From: Alphaproteobacteria bacterium
GTDB taxonomy: Bacteria > Pseudomonadota > Alphaproteobacteria > RF32 > CAG-239
Length of the DNA: 64,000 nucleotides
Reading direction: 5' to 3'
Assembly (NCBI GenBank): GCA_017528205.1
Contig: JAFXPE010000032.1
Location: forward strand, 76,375-140,374
The translations under genes were made by a program, and so were the position numbers. Positions 56,339 through 64,000 of this stretch are shown here, one piece after another. Below the pieces are notes generated by a model. The model did not search any database, was not told the DNA's origin, and saw nothing but the letters and a program-made list of their open reading frames with translations. Position 1 is the first letter of the stretch. Each line of letters starts with the position of its first letter.

Positions 56339-58378
56339 TTGATGAGTAAAACCAACGCCAAAGAAGCATTGACTAAAGAAGATTTAGCTACGGCCAAGAA
56401 AAAAATTCTGGAGTTTACCAGCGGTAATAAATTGTTGTTGGGCGGCTCCGGCGCAACGGCAATTTTGAAGGTTTTATCCACGGTTGCCGATAAGCTTTGT
56501 CGCGATAACGAAGGCAACTTCAAGCCGGGATGGTTTTACAGTTATATCACTTCTAACTTGCTCTCCGGCGCCAGTGTTGAGCTGTTGAACAATTATATGA
56601 AAAAGCGGCAGATTTCCATTGAAAGCAGCATTGCGGAAAAAACACATCAAATGTTTGACACTTTTTCCATTGATGAACGGCGTTCACGTGTGGAAGACAT
56701 TGATAAAACCATGAGTGATATTCATAGCATGAAGAAGTCTGCTGCCGGATATTTAGGTGCTAAAAGCGGTTTAATCAGCGGCTGTATTTCTTCCGCCGCC
56801 TTGGTCGGCACAACGCTTATCAGCGGCGGTTTGGCCAGTTTACCGATAATGGGTGCGGTGATTGTCGCTTCGGGAGTTAGTTCGTTTTTTATCAATCGTA
56901 AAATGAATGCGGAAAAAATCGCCAGCCGTAATCGTATTCGCAAAGCAAATGCCAGTTTTAATGCCGCTGACAGACAGGCTTATATTGCCAGTTATAAAAC
57001 CGAAACTTCGGATGCTACCGGCAAATCTAAAGAAATTTTCAACGAAAAAAGACGCGCTTCGGAAAAAGAATATCACAAATTATCGGATATTTTGAGTAAA
57101 TACGCAATAATCGGCACAGCGTTGAAAAGCGTTGTAGTGGCCGGCGTTGTGGCCGCCACCATCAGTAATCCGGTAAATGCGCTGGTCAGCGTGGCGGCAA
57201 CGCTCGGCACCTATGGCGCGGTTGACCGTTGCGTAAATTCATTTTTTGCGCTGAAAGAACATATCGGCAATTTTGCCAATGCTTATAAGAGCTTTCTGCC
57301 TAAGCAAAAGGTAAAATACGGTACGGAAAAAATTCCGCAAAACGCCAATGTTATTGAATTGGATAATGTTTTAGTGCGCCGCAAAGATCCCAATGATTCA
57401 ACCAAAACCGGAAAAGAAGTTTTGTTTTCCGTTCCGGAAAAGCAATATATCGGCACGGGTATAACTCTTTTGAGCGGAGCTAGCGGTGCCGGCAAAAGCA
57501 CCTTAATCAATTTATTGATGCATAGCCATGATGTTGACGGCGGTACCATAAAAATCGGCTCAATCGACGAGAACGGTGTATTTAAAGGTACGGAATACGA
57601 TAAACTGGCGTTTGCCGAACCTTCACGTCATATTGCCATATCTATGCAAAAGCCGGAGTTTGTTGAAATGACGGTGGACGAGTTTATTCGCCTTTCCAAT
57701 CCGAATGCGCCGGAAGAGTTAGTGCAAGAGGTTATGGACGTGGTGGGTATCAGAGATGATCCGGGCAGTCCGGAATGTATATCTCCGCGCAAAATTATAC
57801 GCGGCAACGGAAAAGGTTTGTCCGGCGGACAAGCCAACCGCCTGAATTTGGCACAAGCTCTTATTAAAGATTCGCCGATTTTGATTTTGGACGAGCCGAC
57901 GGCCGGAGTTGATGCCACCATGGAAGAAAACATTGCGCAGTATTTGAACAAAATTAAACACAACAAAACCATAATTTACATTACGCATAACATTGAAGAC
58001 GTGCGCGATTTGCAAATTGATCAGGCTTTGGATTTGGGCAAAGACGATGGAGATAAATTCGCTACCATGGCGCGTTATGATTTGCGGGACGAAAAGGCCA
58101 AAGAAGAATATATGAAATTCTTTGTAGACCGCAACATCGGGCGTTCACCGTCTTCTCCGGCCATGTCTGCCGATGAGTTGGCAGCATTTCAGGCGGCGGA
58201 AAAGCAAAAAATGCTGGCCAAATCGCATAAGTTGGAACAGAAATTGCAAGAAACAAAACCGGCGGAAAAACAAAAGGAACAACCTTTCATTGCGGCCGAA
58301 AAATCAGTCGAAGCCGCCGAGATGAAACAAATGTTCAGCCTCAAAACACTTTTATCCGGTTATGAGCCGCGCGAATAA
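56339..58378 (+). CDS. ABC transporter, fused permease-like/ATP-binding protein
   Basis: Walker A GASGAGKST, LSGGQ signature, Walker B ILILDEPT, H-loop ITH. Confidence 0.85.
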   Translation: MMSKTNAKEALTKEDLATAKKKILEFTSGNKLLLGGSGATAILKVLSTVADKLCRDNEGNFKPGWFYSYITSNLLSGASVELLNNYMKKRQISIESSIAEKTHQMFDTFSIDERRSRVEDIDKTMSDIHSMKKSAAGYLGAKSGLISGCISSAALVGTTLISGGLASLPIMGAVIVASGVSSFFINRKMNAEKIASRNRIRKANASFNAADRQAYIASYKTETSDATGKSKEIFNEKRRASEKEYHKLSDILSKYAIIGTALKSVVVAGVVAATISNPVNALVSVAATLGTYGAVDRCVNSFFALKEHIGNFANAYKSFLPKQKVKYGTEKIPQNANVIELDNVLVRRKDPNDSTKTGKEVLFSVPEKQYIGTGITLLSGASGAGKSTLINLLMHSHDVDGGTIKIGSIDENGVFKGTEYDKLAFAEPSRHIAISMQKPEFVEMTVDEFIRLSNPNAPEELVQEVMDVVGIRDDPGSPECISPRKIIRGNGKGLSGGQANRLNLAQALIKDSPILILDEPTAGVDATMEENIAQYLNKIKHNKTIIYITHNIEDVRDLQIDQALDLGKDDGDKFATMARYDLRDEKAKEEYMKFFVDRNIGRSPSSPAMSADELAAFQAAEKQKMLAKSHKLEQKLQETKPAEKQKEQPFIAAEKSVEAAEMKQMFSLKTLLSGYEPRE

Positions 58379-58514
58379 GCTCGTTTTTTTAAGCACATAT
58401 ATAACGAAAATACTTGAATTTAATAAAAAATGCGTTATTGTAAGGCGAATTTTTTAACGGGCATTGTTGTGTTCGTTTATTTTGGGTATCAGGAATAGAA
58501 GGAACAGATAAAAG

Positions 58515-60344
58515 ATGAGTATGAGAAATATTGCCATTATCGCCCACGTTGACCACGGAAAAACAACATTGGTGGACGGTTTGTTGAGACAAAGCGGAAC
58601 TTTTCGCGACAATCAAAAAGTTGTCGATTGCGTTATGGATAGCAATGATTTGGAGCGTGAGCGCGGTATTACCATACTTTCCAAATGCACTTCGGTAGAT
58701 TGGAACGGCACACACATTAACATTGTTGATACTCCGGGACACGCTGATTTCGGCGGTGAGGTAGAGCGCATTTTATCCATGGTTGACGGCGTGGTGTTGT
58801 TGGTAGATGCTTCCGAAGGCCCGATGCCGCAAACCAAGTTTGTGTTGGGCAAAGCGCTGAAAATCGGCTTAAAACCGATAGTGGTAATCAACAAAGCCGA
58901 TAAAGCCGATGCTCGTCCTGACGAAGTTTTGAATGAAATTTTTGATTTGTTCGTGAGCCTTGATGCCAACGACGAACAGCTGGATTTCCCTACCCTTTAC
59001 GCTTCCGGCCGTAACGGCTGGGCAGTGCGTGATTTGGCCGATGAACACAAAGATTTGACGCCGCTGTTTGAAACCATTTTATCTTATGTCAGCGAGCCGG
59101 TATGCGAACCGGATAAACCGTTCAGAATGTTGGCAACTACTTTGGAAGCCGATAAGTTTGTAGGTCGCATTTTAACCGGCAAAATCCAGAGTGGCAGCGT
59201 AAAAGTAAATGATACCGTAAAAGTAATTAACGAACACGGTGAAGTTGAACGTACCAAAATTACCAAGATTATGGCTTATCAAGGCCTTGACCGTGTGGCA
59301 CTGCAAGAAGCTCACGCCGGAGATATCGTGGCGGTGGCCGGTATTGTAAAAGGCACGGTAGCTGATACGATTTGTGCGCTTGATGTTCCGGTAACCGATT
59401 ATATTCACGCTCAGCCGATTGATCCGCCGACACTTGTGATGACATTTTCGGTCAACGATTCTCCGTTGGCCGGTCGTGAAGGCGACAAGGTTACTTCTCG
59501 CGTGATTTGGGCGCGTTTGGAAAAAGAGGCTGAGGGCAATATTGCCTTGAAAATTTCGCGCACCGAGAACACCGACAGTTTTGAAGTAGCAGGGCGCGGT
59601 GAATTGCAACTCGGCGTATTGATTGAAACCATGCGCCGCGAAGGCTTTGAACTTTCCATTTCACGTCCGCGTGTGATTATGAAACGCGACGAAAACGGCC
59701 AACTTTTAGAGCCGATTGAAGAAGTGGTGGTTGACGTTGATGAAGAATTTTCCGGCACGGTTGTAGAAAAGCTCGGCCAGCGTCGGGCGGAAATGACCGA
59801 TATGATTCCGTCGCAGGTGGGTAACAAAGTACGCCTGATTTTCCATGCTCCGTCGCGCGGTTTAATCGGCTATCATTCCGAATTTTTGACCGATACGCGC
59901 GGTACCGGTGTAATGAACCGTATTTTCTACGGTTTTGAGCCGTATAAAGGTGAAATTGAAGACCGCCGCAACGGCGTGATGATTTCCAGCGAAGATGGAC
60001 AGGCGATTGCTTATTCGCTGTGGAAATTGCAAGACCGCGGCCCAATGTTTGTCGAGCACAACAGTCCGGTTTATGTGGGTATGATTATCGGCGAGCACAA
60101 TAAATATAACGACATTGATGTTAACCCGACTAAGTCTAAGCAGTTGACCAATATTCGTGCGGCCGGCAAAGATGAAGCTATCGATTTGATTCCGCCGAGA
60201 AAGTTGAGCTTGGAGCAGGCACTCTCGTACATTCAAGCTGATGAATTGCTGGAAGTTACGCCGAAATCTTTGCGTTTGCGCAAGCGTATTTTGGACCCTA
60301 TTGCTCGTAAGCGTGCGAAAATTGCTGCCGGCGAACAAGAATAA
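58515..60344 (+). CDS. typA: Translational GTPase TypA/BipA
   Basis: RNIAIIAHVDHGKTTLVD, DTPGHADFGGEVER, GRGELQL and C-terminal KQLTNIRAAGKDE. Confidence 0.97.
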   Translation: MSMRNIAIIAHVDHGKTTLVDGLLRQSGTFRDNQKVVDCVMDSNDLERERGITILSKCTSVDWNGTHINIVDTPGHADFGGEVERILSMVDGVVLLVDASEGPMPQTKFVLGKALKIGLKPIVVINKADKADARPDEVLNEIFDLFVSLDANDEQLDFPTLYASGRNGWAVRDLADEHKDLTPLFETILSYVSEPVCEPDKPFRMLATTLEADKFVGRILTGKIQSGSVKVNDTVKVINEHGEVERTKITKIMAYQGLDRVALQEAHAGDIVAVAGIVKGTVADTICALDVPVTDYIHAQPIDPPTLVMTFSVNDSPLAGREGDKVTSRVIWARLEKEAEGNIALKISRTENTDSFEVAGRGELQLGVLIETMRREGFELSISRPRVIMKRDENGQLLEPIEEVVVDVDEEFSGTVVEKLGQRRAEMTDMIPSQVGNKVRLIFHAPSRGLIGYHSEFLTDTRGTGVMNRIFYGFEPYKGEIEDRRNGVMISSEDGQAIAYSLWKLQDRGPMFVEHNSPVYVGMIIGEHNKYNDIDVNPTKSKQLTNIRAAGKDEAIDLIPPRKLSLEQALSYIQADELLEVTPKSLRLRKRILDPIARKRAKIAAGEQE

Positions 60345-60416
60345 TCGGCGTTGCTCTTGCATTTGCAAAATAAAAACTCTAAATAACTTTTGTGAAGAAA
60401 AATTAAGAGTATAAAA

Positions 60417-61547
60417 ATGGCAGATACGGAATATTACGATTTACTGGAAGTAAGCAAGGACGCGTCGCAAGATGAGATTAAGCGTGCCTATCGCAAGCAG
60501 GCGATGAAATACCATCCGGACCGCAATCCGGGCGATAAAGAGGCTGAGCAAAAGTTTAAGCAAATCAACGAAGCATATGATGTATTAAAAGACGATCAAA
60601 AGCGTGCCGCCTACGATCATTACGGCAAAGCGGGCGTGAACGGCATGGGCGGCATGGGCGCCGGCGGATTTGATTTCGGCGGCGGATTTGCCGATGTGTT
60701 TAACGACATATTTTCCGAATTTATGGGCGGCGGACGCGGCCGAGGCGGTAAAGCGGCATACGAACAGCGTGGCAGTGATTTGCGCTATAATTTGAATATA
60801 TCGCTGGAAAAAGCGTTTTCCGGCTGTGAAGAAGAAATAAATTATCCGACTACCGAAAATTGCGAAAAGTGCCACGGACACGGCACCAAAAACGGCGAAA
60901 AACCTGGAGAATGCCCAACTTGCCACGGTAGCGGAAAAGTGCGTCGTCAACAAGGCGGATTTTTTGTGTTTGAAACCGTTTGCCCTACTTGCGGCGGCAG
61001 CGGTTATGCCGTAACCGACCCGTGTCCTGAATGTCATGGTACCGGCCAGAAAAAAATCAATAAAAAGCTCAAAATCAAAATCAAACCTGGGGTTGAAACC
61101 AATATGCGCATTCGCGTTGCCGGCGAAGGCATGGCCGGTATTCACGGCGGCGAAAACGGTGATTTGTATGTGGGCATAATTGTTGAGCCACATAAATTAT
61201 ACGAGCGTAACGGTGCTGATTTATATACGGCAGTTCCGATTTCGGTAAGTTGCGCTATTTTGGGCGGAAAGGTGGATATTCCGGGGATTGACGGCGAAAA
61301 AGTAACGGTGGAAGTTCCGGCCGGAACGCAAAACGACACTCTGATTAAAGTTAAAGGCGAAGGAATGCGGTTGTACGATACGGAAAAGCGCGGCGATTTA
61401 TACGTTAATGTTAAAGTGGTGATTCCGACCAAGCTGAACGCCAAACAAAAGGAACTGATGGAAGCATTCCGTGCCGAAAGCAAAGACGATTCCTGTCAGC
61501 CGGAAATCAAGGGCTTTTTCGATAAAGTCGCCGACTTGTTTAAATAA
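60417..61547 (+). CDS. dnaJ: Chaperone DnaJ
   Basis: J-domain with HPD, G/F-rich linker, four CxxCxGxG zinc motifs. Confidence 0.97.
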   Translation: MADTEYYDLLEVSKDASQDEIKRAYRKQAMKYHPDRNPGDKEAEQKFKQINEAYDVLKDDQKRAAYDHYGKAGVNGMGGMGAGGFDFGGGFADVFNDIFSEFMGGGRGRGGKAAYEQRGSDLRYNLNISLEKAFSGCEEEINYPTTENCEKCHGHGTKNGEKPGECPTCHGSGKVRRQQGGFFVFETVCPTCGGSGYAVTDPCPECHGTGQKKINKKLKIKIKPGVETNMRIRVAGEGMAGIHGGENGDLYVGIIVEPHKLYERNGADLYTAVPISVSCAILGGKVDIPGIDGEKVTVEVPAGTQNDTLIKVKGEGMRLYDTEKRGDLYVNVKVVIPTKLNAKQKELMEAFRAESKDDSCQPEIKGFFDKVADLFK

Positions 61548-61568
61548 TAAACAATGCCGGTTTGTAAG

Positions 61569-63638
61569 CTAATCCGTGGCATCAATTAAGGCGCCGATGG
61601 CGTCGTCATCATCGTCGTCGCCCAAGGTGTCTATCAGCGAGCCGATATCTTCTTTCGGCAGCTGCAACGGCAAATATTTTGGGGCACCGGCCGGCGTATC
61701 TTTAACGGTGGTCAGCATAATATCGTGCCAAATTTCGGCCGGCAAACTCCCTCCCCCAACCTTTTTCATCGGCTTGTCGTTATCGTTTCCTACCCACACG
61801 GCGGCAATATATTTGTTGGTCCAGCCGATAAACCACGCATCGCGATAATTTTGGGTGGTTCCGGTTTTTCCGGCGGCAAATATCGGCAGTCGGGCATTAT
61901 GCCCTGTACCCTGATTGATAACTGCCTCCAGCATTTTGGTTAAATTAAGCACATCGTTTGCATCTAAAATGCGATTTGCTTTATCGGCTTGGCGAACATA
62001 AATCTGCCGTCCGTCATGCGTGGCCACTTCGTTGATGGCGTGCGGAACAATTTGGTATCCGCCGTTGGCCAGCGCAGCATAGGCGGCGGCCATATCCATA
62101 ACCCGCACCCCGTTGGTGCCCAAAACCATAGACGGCGTCAGCGTTAAATCGGTGGTGATGCCCATTTTATGCGCGTTTGCGGCAATATCTTTGAGGTACA
62201 ATTCTTTAGAAAGCACCACGGTTGCCGCATTAAGAGATTGCGCCAAAGCATACGTCAGCGTTACATCGCCGTAATAGCGTTTGGTGTAATTTTCCGGCTT
62301 CCACTTACCCACCGAAACCGGCTCGTCGCGGATAATACTTTCCGGCGTAAAGCCCACCTGCAGAGCGGTTAAATACACAAAAGGCTTAAACGCCGAGCCG
62401 GCCTGCCGTTTAGATTGCACGGCACGATTGAATTGACTGCGGTTATAATCGACACCTCCCACCATAGCCTTAATGGCACCGGTCTTATCCAAAATAATCA
62501 CTGCACCCTCGCTAACGTTTTTATCTTTGGCCGCGGCAATTTTTTCGCGCAGGATTCTTTCGGCGGTTTCCTGTAATTTTTGGTCAAGTGTGGTCATAAC
62601 CACCACATCTTCGTTGCGTTCGCCGATGGTGTTATTAACTCTGTCATACACATACTGGGCAAAATGTTTGCCGCCCGTAACCCGATATTGTTGGCCGTTG
62701 CCGATGGCCAAATCACGAGCTTGCGCATATTCTTTTTCGCTGATGAGTTTATATTTTTTCATCGCCTCCAAAACTATATTGGCGCGTTCCAATGCCGCTT
62801 TTTTCTGTAAAATCGGATTATAGCGATTCGGCGCCTTGAGCATTCCGGCCAAAATGGCGGCCTCACGCAGATTCAAGCTATGAACGCCCTTGTTGAAATA
62901 CCAGTTGGCGGCGGCTTCGGCACCGTAATTTCCTGAGCCGAAATACACGCGGTTTAGATATAGCGCCATAATTTGATTTTTAGAAAATTTCCGTTCCAGC
63001 CACAGCGCCAAAATCAGCTCTTGAACTTTACGCTTAACCGTTTTGTTTGGGGTTAAAAAGATGTTTTTCGCCACCTGCTGGGTAATGGTTGAGGCGCCCT
63101 GAGCGTAGCGCTTGCGAAAAACATTGGTGAACACGGCGCGCGTAAATCCGAAAATATCAAATCCGAAATGTTTATAAAAGCGGTGGTCTTCAATGGCAAT
63201 TACGGCGTTGGTCAGATTTTTCGGCAATTTATCGGGATAAATGACTTGGGCATAAATATTGCCGAACTTAGCGATATCGTTGCCGTTTTCGGCCATAATC
63301 ACCGTTGACGGCTGACGAGTGCGCGAAACCGCTTTTTGAATGTTCGGCATAGTCAGATAACAATAAAAAACATAGCCGCAAAGTGCCAGAAATACCGCGA
63401 TTCCGCTGATAAGCGCAAACTTGAACAGCCGCCACTTCCAAGAGGTTCGCTTGGCGCTTTTTTTGTGACGCACCGCAGGTTTGGCTTTAAGCGGTCGGCG
63501 CTGTTGCGTTGTTGCAGTGCGGCGATTCGCGCTCGGCTTTGCCTGCGCTGGGGCAGAAGTGCGTCGCGCGGAAGTCGGGCGCCGTGGTGCGGTTGAAGTT
63601 CTTGTGTTGGTCGGTGTTTTTTTCGTAGTTTGTGCCAT
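61569..63638 (-). CDS. Class A penicillin-binding protein (PBP1A family)
   Basis: EDHRF, GASTITQQ and RKVQE transglycosylase motifs; SAFK, SLN and KTGT transpeptidase motifs. Confidence 0.93.
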   Translation of the reverse strand: MAQTTKKTPTNTRTSTAPRRPTSARRTSAPAQAKPSANRRTATTQQRRPLKAKPAVRHKKSAKRTSWKWRLFKFALISGIAVFLALCGYVFYCYLTMPNIQKAVSRTRQPSTVIMAENGNDIAKFGNIYAQVIYPDKLPKNLTNAVIAIEDHRFYKHFGFDIFGFTRAVFTNVFRKRYAQGASTITQQVAKNIFLTPNKTVKRKVQELILALWLERKFSKNQIMALYLNRVYFGSGNYGAEAAANWYFNKGVHSLNLREAAILAGMLKAPNRYNPILQKKAALERANIVLEAMKKYKLISEKEYAQARDLAIGNGQQYRVTGGKHFAQYVYDRVNNTIGERNEDVVVMTTLDQKLQETAERILREKIAAAKDKNVSEGAVIILDKTGAIKAMVGGVDYNRSQFNRAVQSKRQAGSAFKPFVYLTALQVGFTPESIIRDEPVSVGKWKPENYTKRYYGDVTLTYALAQSLNAATVVLSKELYLKDIAANAHKMGITTDLTLTPSMVLGTNGVRVMDMAAAYAALANGGYQIVPHAINEVATHDGRQIYVRQADKANRILDANDVLNLTKMLEAVINQGTGHNARLPIFAAGKTGTTQNYRDAWFIGWTNKYIAAVWVGNDNDKPMKKVGGGSLPAEIWHDIMLTTVKDTPAGAPKYLPLQLPKEDIGSLIDTLGDDDDDDAIGALIDATD

Positions 63639-63770
63639 AATCGTCTTTACTCCTGAATTCCGCACATTATAACGCCGCAGAGGTTAAAGAATTTATAAAG
63701 TTTGGGAGCAAATTTTAAAATACTTGGCGAAAGCGAAAATCGTGTGTATATTGGCTTTAAGGAGAAAAAA

Positions 63771-64000
63771 ATGAGTAAAGTTTGCCTGATTGACGGCTCC
63801 GGATATATTTTCCGCGCCTTTTACGCTTTGCCGACCATGACTGCGCCGGACGGCACGCCGGTAAATGCGGTGTATGGCTTTGTAACGATGTTTATGCGGC
63901 TTTTGAAAAATATTCCGTGTGATTATTGCGTGGTTTTATTTGATGCCAAACGCCAGAATTTCCGCAATGAATTTTTTGCCGAATACAAGGCCAATCGCGC
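63771..64000 (+). CDS. polA: DNA polymerase I, 5'-3' exonuclease N-terminus (3'-truncated)
   Basis: AAGGAG RBS; MSKVCLIDGSGYIFRAFYALP..DGTPVNAVYGF..FDA..FRNE.F.EYKANR. Confidence 0.88.
   Translation, partial: MSKVCLIDGSGYIFRAFYALPTMTAPDGTPVNAVYGFVTMFMRLLKNIPCDYCVVLFDAKRQNFRNEFFAEYKANR

Overview
The window has two parts. Bases 1-18630 are the right arm of a temperate prophage, probably podovirus-like, integrated at a tRNA-Leu(TAA); the displaced 3' half of the tRNA marks attR at 18575-18630. The prophage carries: a 5'-truncated >3000-aa modular 'polyvalent' protein, tail-fibre genes, a complete diversity-generating retroelement (target/VR - hairpin - avd - TR - RT, 9 of 9 TR/VR mismatches at TR adenines), an endolysin-holin-spanin cassette, a stand-alone NrdD-type glycyl-radical peptide and a tyrosine integrase. 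Inside the giant gene, just after its putative RNase (MuF-C/PBECR-like) domain, the antisense strand carries a TTGACA-17-TATATT promoter followed by a ~66-nt hairpin with a U-tail. This is a candidate nested RNA antitoxin and the most novel-looking signal here. Bases 18631-64000 are host chromosome that looks alphaproteobacterial (inferred from gene content; possibly a reduced gut/rumen lineage). Recognisable genes include a giant autotransporter, hsp20, ddpX-like, trkA, dusB, TipN-like, tRNA-Thr(GGT), a phosphoethanolamine transferase, typA, dnaJ, a class A PBP and the start of polA. Downstream of tRNA-Thr is an integrase-less array of cassettes bounded by tRNA-end repeats, then a ~14-kb accessory tract of paralogous lineage-specific ORFs. 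All family assignments come from recognising motifs by eye; no database searches were run.
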